64,000 bases of DNA, taken from positions 3,348,001 to 3,412,000 of the forward strand of contig NC_043001.1 of assembly GCF_006345805.1 (NCBI RefSeq), written 5' to 3'. Position numbers and translations under genes: made by a program. Positions 12,459-24,720 of this stretch are shown piece by piece (the first letter of the stretch is position 1; each line of letters opens with the position of its first letter). Source of the DNA: Octopus sinensis (taxonomy: Eukaryota). Below the pieces are notes generated by a model. The model did not search any database. It was given only the letters and a program-made list of their open reading frames with translations, and was not told where the DNA came from.

Positions 12459-12491
<33 letters not shown>

Positions 12492-12631
12492 ATATATATA
12501 CATACATATATACATATATATATATATACATATATACATATATACATATATCTATATATATACATATACATATACATATATATATATATATATATATACA
12601 AGCACACACACACACAAACACACACACACAA

Positions 12632-12662
<31 letters not shown>

Positions 12663-12734
12663 CAAACGCACACATATATGTATGTAAGTATATATATATC
12701 TATATATATATACATATATTTATATATATATATT

Positions 12735-13134
12735 CTTTCTTTGTTTCTATTCTTTTATTTGCTTCAGTCATTTGACTGTGGCCATGCTTGAGTACCACCT
12801 TTTAGCTGAGCAAAGTGACCCCAGAATTTATCCCTTGTAATCCTAGTACTTATTCTATTGTTCTGTTTTTGCTGAACTGCTAAGTTATGAGCATGTAAAC
12901 ACACCGCCATAGGTTGTCAAGTGATGTTGGGAGGACAAACACACACACATGCACACATTTATATATATATATATATACGATGGGGTTCAGTTTCCGTCCA
13001 CTAAATCCACTCACAAGTCTTTGGTTGGCCCTAGGCTATTCTAGAAGACAGATGCTGAAGGTGCCATGCAGTGGCACTGAACTTAGAACCATGTGGTTGG
13101 TATGCAAACTACTTACTACATAGCTATTCCTGCA

Positions 13135-13137
<3 letters not shown>
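12735..13137 (-). mobile_element. SINE family B (full length, internal CA/TA microsatellite)
   Basis: ttcagtcatttgactgtggccatgc...ctaagtta...aaccatgtggttgg; same layout as 18322-18690. Confidence 0.85.
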
Positions 13138-13200
<63 letters not shown>

Positions 13201-14164
13201 TTATGCATATATACACACACGTGTGTGTGTGTGTGTGTGTAATGCTTAGGTAGCCCAACTACCAACTGTAAACTCATTTAACCTGACAGTTTAACAGAAA
13301 CCAATTAGTATTAATGTTGTTTCTGCTGTTGTTGCTGCTGCTTCAAGTGTTGTTGCTGCTGGTGGTAGTGTTGTTGTTGTTGTTGCTGCTGCTGTCTGTG
13401 CTTCTGTTGCAGCTGACTATGTTTGTATTGTTATTAATGTTGTTTTGTTTGTCACCAATAATGTTGTGGAGTTCAGTGATAAATCGAGATAAAGATTCCA
13501 GCTTAAAGACATCTGTCAGATTCTTGGAGCCTCGAACATCTGAAACAAATAACTCATATATGCTTTGTAAATAATGCAAAAGTAAATTTCTGAGTGTTAT
13601 GGATGAAGAAATAATGTTTGAAGAACCAACGATGAAGATGGTTACAGAACTGGCGGCGAAAATGGCTGGGAAATTGGAAATGGAAATCGTTAGGCAAAAA
13701 ATAGCAGTAAATATTGTTGGAGAGAGGTGAAGGTAAACATGATTGGATGACTGAAAGAATATAGTATTAAAAAAAAGGAGATAAAAACAAAGAAATGGAA
13801 TAATTGAGGTTGTCCCTATTTGGATACCTATCATTACGATTTGCCTTTACCCTCCGTCTTTCAGTATTCCATGTTGGCATGCGGGGTTGGAAATGGTTCA
13901 AGAATAAGCAGTAAAAACCATTGGACAATTGGACATGAAAATGTTTGGAGTTCCAAGATAAAAGAGTTGACTTGAATAAAGGAGATGAGGATTGAAGAAC
14001 TGGAAGCAAAAACCCTTTGTTATTATCTTCATTGTAACAGCCTTTATTTTCATGCCTGCAAGGGTCAGATGGTATATGAGTAGCATATTGGAACCGGTAT
14101 TAAAGAAGGATAGGAAAATATTAGATTTATAAACCCTAGAATTCACTCAATAATTGCCCACGTT

Positions 14165-14232
14165 CATATGGCGTAGTGGTTAAGAGTGCGGGCTACTAAC
14201 CCCAAGATTCCAAGTTTAATTCCAGGCAGTGA
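14165..14232 (+). mobile_element. tRNA-derived head of composite HHR-tailed element
   Basis: tggcgtagtggtt (A box), gggctactaaccc anticodon-like arm, agtttaattcc (degenerate B box), followed by (TAA)n; same head at 58695-58770 on the minus strand. Confidence 0.75.
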
Positions 14233-14249
14233 CAATAATAATAGTAATG

Positions 14250-14307
<58 letters not shown>

Positions 14308-14320
14308 CAACAACAACAAC

Positions 14321-14353
<33 letters not shown>
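14233..14353. repeat. (TAA)n/(CAA)n microsatellite, LINE insertion site
   Basis: The tract resumes at 16543 after the LINE. Confidence 0.9.
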
Positions 14354-14354
<1 letters not shown>

Positions 14355-16543
14355 TGCATTCATGGAGAAGAACGATATTTTCCCCATTGAACAAAAAGGG
14401 TGCCGCCGAGGCTCTTACGGATGCAAAGATCAACTGCTAATCAATCGTATGATCCTTGAGAACTGTCACAACAAGCGCAGAAATCTCAGCACCGCATGGA
14501 TTCACTATAAAAAGGCCTTCGACAGTATACCGCATCCATGGATCTTGAGATCGCTGGACATCTTCAAAATTTTCCCTGTGATTTCAAACTTCCTGAAGCA
14601 CAATATGTCGTTGTGGAATACGAATCTCCAATTATACCACTCTAATGGAGTACTTGCCTCAGAAAATATAAACATCAACTGTGGAATTTTCCAAGGTGAC
14701 TCACTTTCACCTTTAATATTCTGCATAGCCCTAATACCCCTTACAAGTGAATTAAACAGAACAGGGTATGGGTATAAACTTGCCAATAAAAAAATAAGCC
14801 ATCTATTTTATATGGATGACTTAAAACTTTATGGTAAAGACAATAATGAACTTGAAGGCCTATTGCGCACCGTGAAAGCATTCAGCGATGACATCGGGAT
14901 GGAGTTTGGACTTGAGAAGTGTGCCAAGGCCACTTTCCAGAAAGGGAAAGTGAAGACCACAAATTCAGTTGTGTTAGATGTTGACACAGTCATAAGAGAG
15001 CTTGAGCAAGAACAAACATACAAATATTTAGGGATAAATGAAGGCTCTGGTATTCAGCATGCAAGCATGAAAGAGAAGATCAGGAAGGAATGTTATAGGA
15101 GAGTTCGTGCAGTCCTGAAATCTGAACTAAATGCACGTTACAAGGTGTTAGCTATAAATTCCTTAGCAGTTCCAGTTGTTACTTATAGCTACAATGTGTT
15201 GAACTGGAATATGAGTGAAGTAAAGAATATAGATAGAAAAATACGCAAGCTGCTGAGTTGTAATAGGATGCACCACCCAAAGGCAGACGTAGATCGCCTT
15301 TACCTTCCCAGAGCCCAAGGAGGTCGAGGCCTGATCCAATTTGAACTAGCTTACAAAACAACCACAATTGGACTGGCCAAATATCTCGAAATATCGAATG
15401 ACTGGATGCTAAAGCTCGTGGAAAATCACGAGAGACGAAAGAAGCTTCATTCTATTATAAAGGAAAGCAAAAAATTTGCTATTGATCTCGTGCAGGATTC
15501 CCAAACTGAACAACCTGAGGGAAGTACGGCAACTATTGTTGCAAAGAAGGTGAAAATGATGGCAATGAAAAAAGCGCACGAGCAATTGGCTGATAGGTAT
15601 GAGGAGAAACCTCTGCACGGCAAATATGTGACCCGCAGCAAACAAGCTGATGTTGACCAGAAGCAAACCCATCAGTGGCTGCGGAGCTCAGGGCTAAAAG
15701 CAGAGAGCGAAGGTTTCATCCTGGCTGCTCAAGACCAAAGCCTATTAACCCGGAACTACCAGGCCAATGTGATGAAAAATGGAGCAGACCCAAAATGCCG
15801 ATTCTGCAACGACATGATTGAAACAGTGGACCACCTTATCTCTGGATGTAAAGTCTTAGCACCAGTGGAGTATAAATTAAGACATGACAGAGTTGGCCAA
15901 TATCTCCACTGGCTAATAAGTCGGCATTACAATATCAAAACTGCCGACAAGTGGTATAATCACCACCCTGAGGCTGTAACTGAAGGAGAAAATGTAACCA
16001 TTCTGTGGGACTTTCCAGTACATACAGACTGAACCATCAAGGCCAATAAACCAGATATTGTTGTGAAAGACCAAAACAATAAAGTTTGCTTATTGATCGA
16101 CATGAGCATCCCCTGTGATCATAATATCTCAGCGAAAGAGTTTGACAAGCTCAGAAAATATAAAGACCTACTCATTGAAATTGAGAAAAATGGCATCTCA
16201 AGGCGGTTACAATACCAGTGATCGTAGGAGCACTAGGAATGATCAAGAAGGGAACCGAAAATTATATGAGAATGATCCCTGGCTTACCATCCCTGCAAGA
16301 AGTGCAAAAGATTGTCTTAACTGGTACATCACACGTATTGAGAAGAGCATTGTCGATGTGAGAACTGTTGCTGCTCATGTATTTTAATTTAACTTTAAAA
16401 AAAAAATTAAAAAAATATGAACGAAATACTGAGTTTGGTTTAATGGCCTACCAATATACACTATGAGTTTCTTTGCCCTAGGAGTCGGGAAGACACTCGG
16501 CAAGAAATGGAAGAAAATTTGAAAGAAGAAAAAAAAAAAAAAA
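14354..16543 (+). mobile_element. 5'-truncated R4/Dong-like non-LTR retrotransposon (RT + CCHC + RLE) with poly(A), inserted in (TAA)n
   Basis: EQKG, KAFDS, GIFQGDSLSP, FYMDD, YKYLG, GGRGL, LHGKY, AAQDQ, CRFC...HLISGC, RHD, KPDIVV, IDMSIP, PVIVGALG; poly(A) at 16529-16543. Confidence 0.95.
14362..16361 (+). pseudogene. reverse transcriptase-RLE ORF of the R4/Dong-like LINE (open 14362-16032; premature TGA at 16030, frameshift near 16190)
   Basis: The frame continues after the TGA (probably from CGA) as TIKANKPDIVVKD...KYKDL, then shifts to WHLKAVTIPVIVGALG...RRALSM*; the N-terminus is missing. Confidence 0.9.
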
Positions 16544-16571
16544 TAATAATAATAATAACAACAACAACAAC

Positions 16572-16720
16572 ATCGAAAAATACCTTACAAATGAGAACCC
16601 TGATTCAAAATTTCTCCAAGACACCTGATGAAGGCTGGAGGGTATATCAGCTGAAATGTTGTTAACAGCAAACAAGATGAGGACAAATATCCATCAAATG
16701 TAAATAATGTAAATAAGGTA
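16572..16720 (+). mobile_element. HHR-bearing 3' module of the composite element
   Basis: atcgaaaaatacctta...gacac-CTGATGA-aggctg-gagggtatat-cagct-GAAA-tgtt...gaggacaaatatcc.tcaaatgtaaataatgtaaataa; homologues at 24535-24720 and 58125-58250. Confidence 0.75.
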
Positions 16721-17302
16721 TACATGTCTGTCCTGTCCCCCTTAGGGGAATTTAATCCATTATGTTTTCCAAGATTGAAAACCCATAAAAACATTTTCAT
16801 CCTTTTCCAAAGAAATTAGCAAATTTGACAGGTTTAAGTTTACATAAATTATATCTTGATACTGCATCGACTAGGTTAGCCCTTGACATGTGTTTGGTGT
16901 TTAAATGCTAAACACCTGTAAGTATTAGTAGCAGTATGGGTTGCATTGCTATTGGTGTTCCTTACTACACCTGGCAGATGTCTCCTCTGCACCACTCAGG
17001 TAAAAACCCTCCAACCCACGGATCTGTCTGTGTAGTCGTTGCTGATGAGGGTTTATCAAGGTCAGCATGCAAATCCTACCCCAACCACTTTTAGCTGACG
17101 TTTACAACTTTCAGAAGAAACGATGGGTTTATAGTTTCCCATGCAGGTCCCCACACAGCCCTAGTGCAACATGAAATAAAGTGTTTTGCTAAAGAGCACA
17201 ACACATTACCTAGAGTGGGAATTGAACTCATAGTGTGGTGATCATGAGAATAGCACCCTAATCACTAGGCCATGCTTTGTAGCAACCAGATTTAATGTCT
17301 AT

Positions 17303-17460
17303 CTAAATGGATTGGCTATTTGTTTCTCTGGGATTTATTAAATTATGTAGACACTCTGATGAAACCCTAAAAATGGTAAAAAAAATTCGATTAAAACTGT
17401 TCATATTTTCAATTTTCATAGAAATAGGTAAATTTGAAATATATTTGAATGTATATTGCA
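17303..17460 (+). mobile_element. second copy of the 7185-7330 pLTR-like repeat with decayed HHR
   Basis: aaatggatt...ttgtttctctgggatt...tgtagaca-CTGATGA-aaccct...; GAAA box eroded. Confidence 0.55.
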
Positions 17461-17879
17461 TAGATTTCACAGACACACGCATATATTTATAGACATATAT
17501 ACACACATATACATATACATGTTCACATACGTGCATACACACACATACATGTGGAAGAGATTAACATGTGGAAGAGATTAAGCAGAATTCCCAGTTCAAT
17601 CAGTTGGTGATGGCATTGGTTCAATGTAGCGCTGACCAAATTAAATATAGACTCAATTAGTTAACCTTTGACTCACAGAAATTTCCTCAAAAAAAAAATA
17701 CCAGAAATAAATACATAGAATATAATAAATAAAAATAGAAGTAAGCAGCAGACAAACCAAACCAAACCAAACCAAACCAAACCCAAACCAAACCAAATCT
17801 CAAAAATAAAGAAGATATAAAAAACAAAATAGATAAAAGATAAACAAACTGTATAAAATAATCAAATTAATACATACAA

Positions 17880-18300
17880 ATCATCATCATCATCATCATC
17901 ATCGTCGTTTAACGTCCGTTCTCCATGCTAGCATGGGTTGGACGGTTCGACCGGGGTTCTGGGAAGCCAGAAGGCTGCACCAGGCTCCAGTCTAATTTGG
18001 CAATGTTTCTACAGCTGGATGCCCTTCCTAACGCCAACCACTCCGTGAGTGTAGTGGGTGCTTTTTACGTGCCACCTGCACAGGTGCCAGGCGGGGCTGG
18101 CAACGGCCACGGTCAGATTGTGTATTTTATGTGCCACCGGCACGGAAGCCAGTCGAGGCGGTGCTGGCGTCGGCCACGAGTCGGATAGTGCTTTTTACGT
18201 ACCACCAGACCAGGGATCCTGGCTGGTTCAATTCGATTTCGATTTCGCTGCCCCAACATGTCTTCACAAGCAAAGGGGGTTGGCAAGGGTGCCCGTCGTA
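17880..18300 (-). mobile_element. SINE family C (internal gtgctttttacgtgccacc repeats, GAT tail)
   Basis: catcgtcgtttaacgtccg...ggatgcccttcctaacgccaacc...gtgctttttacgtgccacc. Confidence 0.85.
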
Positions 18301-18321
18301 CATAATATGCTATATAAGTAG

Positions 18322-19085
18322 TGGTGTGGCTGTGTGGTAAAAAGATTGCTAACCAACCACATGGTTCTGGGTTCAGTTCCACTGCGTATCACCTTGGTCA
18401 TATGTCTTCTACTAAAGCATCGAACTGACTAAAGACTTGTGAGTGGATTTGGAAGATGGAAACTGAAAGAAGCCCGTTGTATATGTGTGTGTGTGTCTGT
18501 GTTTCTTTCCCTACTATTGCTTGACAACCGATGTTGGTGTGTTTACATCCATGAAACTTAGCAGTTCAGCAAATTGAATAAGTACTAGGCTTATAAAGAA
18601 TAAGTCCTGGGGTTGATTTGTTCGACTAAAGGTGGTGCTCAAGCATGGCCTCATTCAAGTGACTGAAACAAGTAAAAGAATAATAGAATAAAAGGCAAGG
18701 CACAAGTGTGGCTGTGTGGTAAGAAGTTTGCTTCCAAGCCACATGGTTTTGGGTTCAGTCCCATTGTGTAGCACCTTGAGCATATCTCTTCTATTATAGC
18801 TGTGGTCCCATCAAAACCTTTGTAAGTGGATGAGGTAAACTGAAACTGAAAGGAACCCATTGTATGTATATAGGTGAGAAGGGGTTTGACCCTGCTGCTG
18901 CTGCTTGACAACTGGTGTCGGTTTGTTTACGTCCCTGTAACTTGTCAGTTCAGCAAAAGAAACCGAAAGAATAAGTACAAGGTTTGAAAGAATATAGAAA
19001 CTCTGTGGTTGACTGAATCAGCTGAAAACTGAAAGCCGTGCCCCAGTATGGGCTTGGTCTAATGAGTGATACAAGTAAAAGATGA
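18322..19085 (+). mobile_element. two tandem SINE family B copies (18322-18690, 18700-19085)
   Basis: Each begins gtggctgtgtggtaa, has an ggttcagt.cc B box and ends acaagtaaaaga. Confidence 0.85.
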
Positions 19086-19689
19086 AGATGAAAGATCAAT
19101 CCATATTGGTGTCTGTTAAAATGATTGCATTTCTTCTTTTATTTGCCGTTGTTCGTTTTTGTTCCTCTTCGGCACCGTTTGGCAAATTTGTACAGTGCAT
19201 TCTAAGCAATTTCTTTAAGACTATCAGGTTAAAAGTAGTCTATATTTATAGTTATTTGTTAGGTGAGTCAATTTTCTTTATTTTACACCTATATATCATA
19301 AACAGGTAAATGCTATTGATTTGAATGTTTTGTTTATGGGTATTTTTTCTTTCTTTACTATATTTGCTGGTTTCTTCATTTTTATCGTTTTTTTATCATA
19401 TCATTTATTTTATTTTGCTTTTTATTCTCCATTTTACCAAATGAATAAGAAGAATTTATTTACTCAATAAATGACTTCAGCATATAAACGAGCCAGCCAA
19501 ACATATATTTTCTTCCAAAATACATCAAAATGAACACTTTTTGCTCCATTTTTTTGCATATGTTGTTTGTATGTTTGTTCATTTTTTCTTCTTTCTGTTT
19601 GTTGTTTGCTGATGTTGTTGTTGTGTTGTTGTTATGTTTGCAATCTGTTTTAAATTTAATTTTCAAATTTGTTCTCGTAGCAGACACAT

Positions 19690-20028
19690 TTATACACATA
19701 CACTCACAACGCGTAGATGCACACATATGAAGATGTGCACACGGCCAAATGCACACAATATAAACACACACACACACATAAATATGCGTGTGTGTGTGTA
19801 TGAACAAATATACATATAATTCTATGTCAATATACATGTATGTATATAAATATGTATATGTATATATGTATGTGTGTATTTGTAAATATATATGTATATA
19901 TGTATGTGTGTATTTGTAAATATATGTATGTAATGCATACATATATATGTGTGTGTATATATATATATGAATATATATACGTATATATATATGTATATAT
20001 ATATGTATATATATATACATATATATAT

Positions 20029-20110
<82 letters not shown>

Positions 20111-20468
20111 TATATATATATATATTCATACACGCACTTATATACATAAATACTTATATGTATAGACACACCATCTTACCCTTGTTCATATACAGAGACA
20201 AAAGCAATTGCAAATATTTACACCAAGACAACTACACACACAAACCTACACATGCAGACAGACATTATCATATTTAATAGCACACACCACGGCTCAGGGT
20301 ACATGAGAGGGTACATACACACCTATATATTTATGTAAACGTATGCAAATATACTGCATATGTAAATATAAACATACACAAACAAAAAAGAGCAGATTCA
20401 CCTCATATTTTATATACATAAACACAGTTTCACTGACATGCAAATACATGTATATACTCATGGACGTG

Positions 20469-20504
<36 letters not shown>

Positions 20505-20562
20505 ATCATCATCATCATCATCATCGTTTAGCGTCCGTTTTCCATGCTAGCATGGGTTGGAC

Positions 20563-20639
<77 letters not shown>

Positions 20640-20926
20640 AATATACAGAGAGAAAGAAAGAGAGAGAGAGAGAGAGAGAAAGAGAAAGATATATATATAT
20701 ATATATATACGTAGATACATGCACATATATATTTGCATATAGAAATATATATATGCATATATATATAAATATATATAAATATGTATGTATGTATGTATAT
20801 ATGTGTGTGTCTATATGTATTTTTATATATATATATGTCGATATATATATAGATATATATATGTCGATATATATATATATATATGTCTATATATAAATAT
20901 ATATATATTTACTCATACATTTATGC

Positions 20927-20957
<31 letters not shown>

Positions 20958-21060
20958 TACACACACATATATAAATGTATATAAGTAGGTGTGTCTGTGT
21001 CTGTGTGTATGCATGCATGTATGTGTGTAGGACCATATATCATATTTCTATATCATATGC
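19690..21060. repeat. large compound microsatellite field (TA, CA, TATG, GA) with a SINE C tail at 20503-20562
   Basis: Direct inspection. Confidence 0.9.
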
Positions 21061-21789
21061 GTATACACATGTGTAATCACACTTCAAACACAAACCAATT
21101 GAGACATTGAAACAGACTCATACTGCACATTGCATATCCATGCAATTACATGCATAAATACATAGCAATTTTCTGCAAAAATTATGAATAAATACGAATA
21201 CAAAATAATGACAAACATTAAAATCTATTTTATTCTTTTTAATAGATTTTTAATATTTATTAAGAAACTCGATGCAATATTGCAAAAGGAAAATAAATTT
21301 GAAATAGAGAAAAGTTTTGAGGAGGAAGAAAATTTAGAATGAAATACTTATTTGTTTCAAGATACCAACTTTACCATCTGCTGCCAGTATTCTTCATGCA
21401 GAACACCAGAACAAGAAGCAAAAATGAGTCGGCATTGTATGTATTCATCATTGTTACCATTTTAATGTCTACTTCTCCATAGTTGAATGCATCAGAAGGA
21501 ATTCATTGGAACCAATTTTCTATGACTTGAGATCCTGACTAACACAAATCCTTTCCGATTTTGAATCACTGTAAGATTTCCCCATGGGTGGACATGTTTC
21601 CAAGCAAGACTGGAATTGTAGGACCCTGCTTGTTTACAACTATCATGTAAGAACAAACCAAGGAGACACGGACCATTCTCCTGCCCATCTATATAGATAT
21701 CCACCAATCACCTCCATTCTGTGCCATCTCTGCCCTCCATCATCAACTCCTCACTTACCTCCTATCACCCTCAATGCTCCCCATCCTCA

Positions 21790-22182
21790 GGGTGGCAAAC
21801 TGGCAAAATCGTTAGCACTCCATACAAAATGCTGAGCGGTAATTCGTCTGCCGCTATGTTCTGAGTTCAAATTCTGCCGAGGTCGACTTTGCATTTCATC
21901 CTTTCAGGGTCAATTAAATAAGTAGAAGTTACGCAACGGGGTCGATATAATCGATGTAATCTGTTTGCCTGTCCTTGTTTGTCCTCTCTGTGTTTCGCCC
22001 CTTCTGGGTAGTAAAGAAATAGGTATTTCGTCTGCTGTTACATTCTGAGTTCAAATTCCTCTGAGGTCAACTTTGCCTTTCATCCATTCAGGGTCAATTA
22101 AATAAGTACTGGTTAAGCACTGGCTCTATGTAATCGACTTAATCCCTTTGTCTGTCCTTGTTTGTCCCCTCTATTTTTGAGT
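21790..22182 (+). mobile_element. SINE family A tandem dimer
   Basis: The second unit begins after gtaaagaaata at 22022 with ggtatttcgtctgc. Confidence 0.85.
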
Positions 22183-22909
22183 CCCCTCAATAAAGAAATA
22201 AATACTCTTCATCCTCAATGTCCTCACACATCTTCGGTTACTCTTGTCCCCCCCCAACCTCTCTTATATTTCCTTCCATCATTTATTACGGTCACCCCCA
22301 TCCTGTCCACTCACCCCACACAAGCCTCCCTGTCCTCTCACATATTCTCACCATCCCCAACGACCCTGGAGTGCGTGTCCCACTATATTTCCATCAGCTC
22401 TCTCATTACCATTCCCTTTATCTTACTATCCAACTCCTGTTTTCAAACTGTGAATCCTTGTATCTACTCTACAGTAAGACACCCAATCTCTCCCCTCTAT
22501 ATCTTAAATGTCTCAACTGGCTCAATACTACCCCAACAGGATTAAACACCAACTTTAAAATTAAACTACAACAAAGAAACACATATATCTATGTACATCT
22601 GTATCAGTATTAATAGTAAACCTACAATAACTAAATTATATGCTAAATAGCAACCAATATTTAAATTCATAGAAATAACAATCCCACCAGTCTTCCATAG
22701 TTTCTACTATATTAACAGAAAGTGAAAGCTTTATTTCAATTCTATACATTTACCAAATCCATCTTTAAGGCTTTCATCAGACAAGGTGTGTGGAATAAAG
22801 GAAACTTGTCTTCAGTGGCATTCAAAGAGACTCTACTTGAAAGCTCATGGTTGGGAAACAAATTCCTTAACATTGTCCCAGCAAAGGAAGGAGAAAATTT
22901 GAGACATGC

Positions 22910-23170
22910 TTTGGACATATTCTGCCCTCATCACAGGGATGTAGACTTCCTTATCTTTATTGTTTTTTTGTATTTGGTTTATTCAAAAAGCTGCTGCGTG
23001 CTTGGCCATTGCAGACACACAGACAATAGCGATGCTGTTAGAAAGTGAGATTTCGCTTGAATTTGAATAAATGTGTGGTTGTAGGAGAACCACAACTATG
23101 ATGAAAGCATGGAGGAATTGCTTGGCATTTGTGCAATAATGTGCATACACTGCTTCATTAGGAAGGCCAT
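22910..23170 (+). pseudogene. possible highly decayed mariner transposase C-terminal fragment
   Basis: FGLFKKLLR and ESMEELL resemble the LFG.LK..L.G and GI..L..RW region; heavily frameshifted. Confidence 0.3.
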
Positions 23171-23554
23171 AATTTTGTAATGAAACAATTAAAAAAATTC
23201 TCTTGAGATCTAAAACAATAAACTAATTAAGTTTGTCTATTCAAAGTATTGGAGATCATTAATGAATGATATTAATGAATGAATAATATTCTTTATATCT
23301 TTTTTCTACTATTACAACTGATAATGACCAAGGACATGTTCCAGACATATTCTGACCTCATCAATTGTCAATAGTTTTTATCAAAACTATGAATATATAA
23401 TTTGTATTCTGTTTTATGCCATCCTCAGTGGAAAGGTTATTTAAGTGATTATCTTAAATGTGATTGGGTTTCTATCTACCCTTACGTCCCATCGAGGGAC
23501 AGTTGCATAAAATTATGTTAATATGCATGATGTATATTACTATGGTGTGTGTGT

Positions 23555-23712
23555 GTGCTTGGCCTAGGTGTTAGGATGTTGCACTCACAATTGCTAGATC
23601 ATGGGGTCTATTCCCAGACTGAGCTGCACGTTGTGCTTTTGAGTAAAACGCTTCTTTTCCCATTGTTACAATCTGCTCGGCTGTAAATGGCTCACCCTGC
23701 AAAGGATTCCTG
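23555..23712 (+). mobile_element. SINE family D (tRNA head, gttgtg.tcttgag.aaaac core)
   Basis: tggcctaggtgttagg...ttgcactcac...; related copies at 45680-45870 (+), 17150-17272 (-), 29015-29125 (-). Confidence 0.65.
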
Positions 23713-23713
23713 T

Positions 23714-23794
<81 letters not shown>

Positions 23795-23879
23795 AACACA
23801 TATAATTACATACAGAAAGTTGTATGTACACATGAATGTATAACCTAACACAACTTGCTGCATGGCTGTGTCATCAGTA

Positions 23880-24230
23880 ATCATCACCATCATCATCATC
23901 ATCATCGTTTGACGTCCGTTTTCCATGCTGGCATGAGTTGGACAGTTCGATTGAGGAAGCCAGGAGGCTGCAGCAGGCCCCAGTCTGATCTGGCAATGTT
24001 TCTACAGCTGGATGCCCTTCCTAACGACAACCACTCTGATAGTGTAGTGGGTGTTTTTTATGTGCCACCAGCACAGAATCGGGAGGGAGCTGGCATTGAC
24101 TGCGATTGGATGGTGCTTTTACATGCCATTGGCATGGAAGCCAGTCAAGGCACTGCTCACATCAGCCTCGTTCGGATGGTGTTTTTTACATACCACCAGC
24201 ACGGAGACCACAACTACAATTACCGAAACC
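23880..24230 (-). mobile_element. SINE family C
   Basis: Same sequence as 17880-18300. Confidence 0.85.
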
Positions 24231-24467
24231 AGCAATCCTAGGAAGTTTGCTTCATAAGAAGAGAGGTTTTCAGTGGAGACCCAACAAGATTTGAAAACAA
24301 AGCTTTTCAAATCGTTGATGAAGTTGAGAGCCATCCAACCGCAGGAAGTGAGAAATTCCAAGTGTTTGTTTAGACATCTCCTTGATGGATGGAAAACTTA
24401 GATGTTACACCTATCACTATGCTTGCATCCCATGATATAGACTAGGTCTTATTTTGGTCTTTGATGT

Positions 24468-24720
24468 TAAGCAGGGACTTGAGAAATAATATCAACAGCA
24501 GCAACAAAAACAAAATAACATCAGCAAAAACAGAATATCTTAGGAATGAGAACAGAGAAGCCCATTAGTCAAATATGGAGCTGGGTTCAAAATTCCAGCA
24601 GAACACTTGATGAAGGCTGGAGAGCAAATTAGTAGAAACGTTGTGGTAACAACAAACAAGGAGAAGATATCCATTCATTGTAAATAAGGTTCATAATTCC
24701 TAATCTCCAAAATATAGAAT
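24468..24720 (+). mobile_element. old copy of the composite HHR-tailed element
   Basis: aagcagggacttga + degenerate AAC/AAT tract + cttaggaatgagaac...aacac-TTGATGA-aggctgg...GAAACGTT-gtgg-taacaacaaacaag. Confidence 0.65.

Larger units (their letters stand above)
11640..12462. mobile_element. Penelope-like pLTR with inverted duplication (arms 11788-12091 and 12159-12462), between TA tracts
   Basis: ~304-bp arms with only a few mismatches (mirror ORFs 11859+ and 12391- are nearly identical), 67-bp spacer, HHR in each arm. Confidence 0.85.

Noticed and set aside
13343-14150. Non-repetitive ORFs upstream of the tRNA-like head
   Set aside because: No recognisable motif; frequent stops; cannot be assigned to a gene or element.
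14165-14232. Functional tRNA gene
   Set aside because: No proper acceptor stem, degenerate B box, runs into a TAA tract and recurs as a repeat head.
17041-17060. CTGATGA in a repeat shared with 6110-6235
   Set aside because: No downstream stem II plus GAAA, and the other copy reads ctggtga; not a hammerhead.
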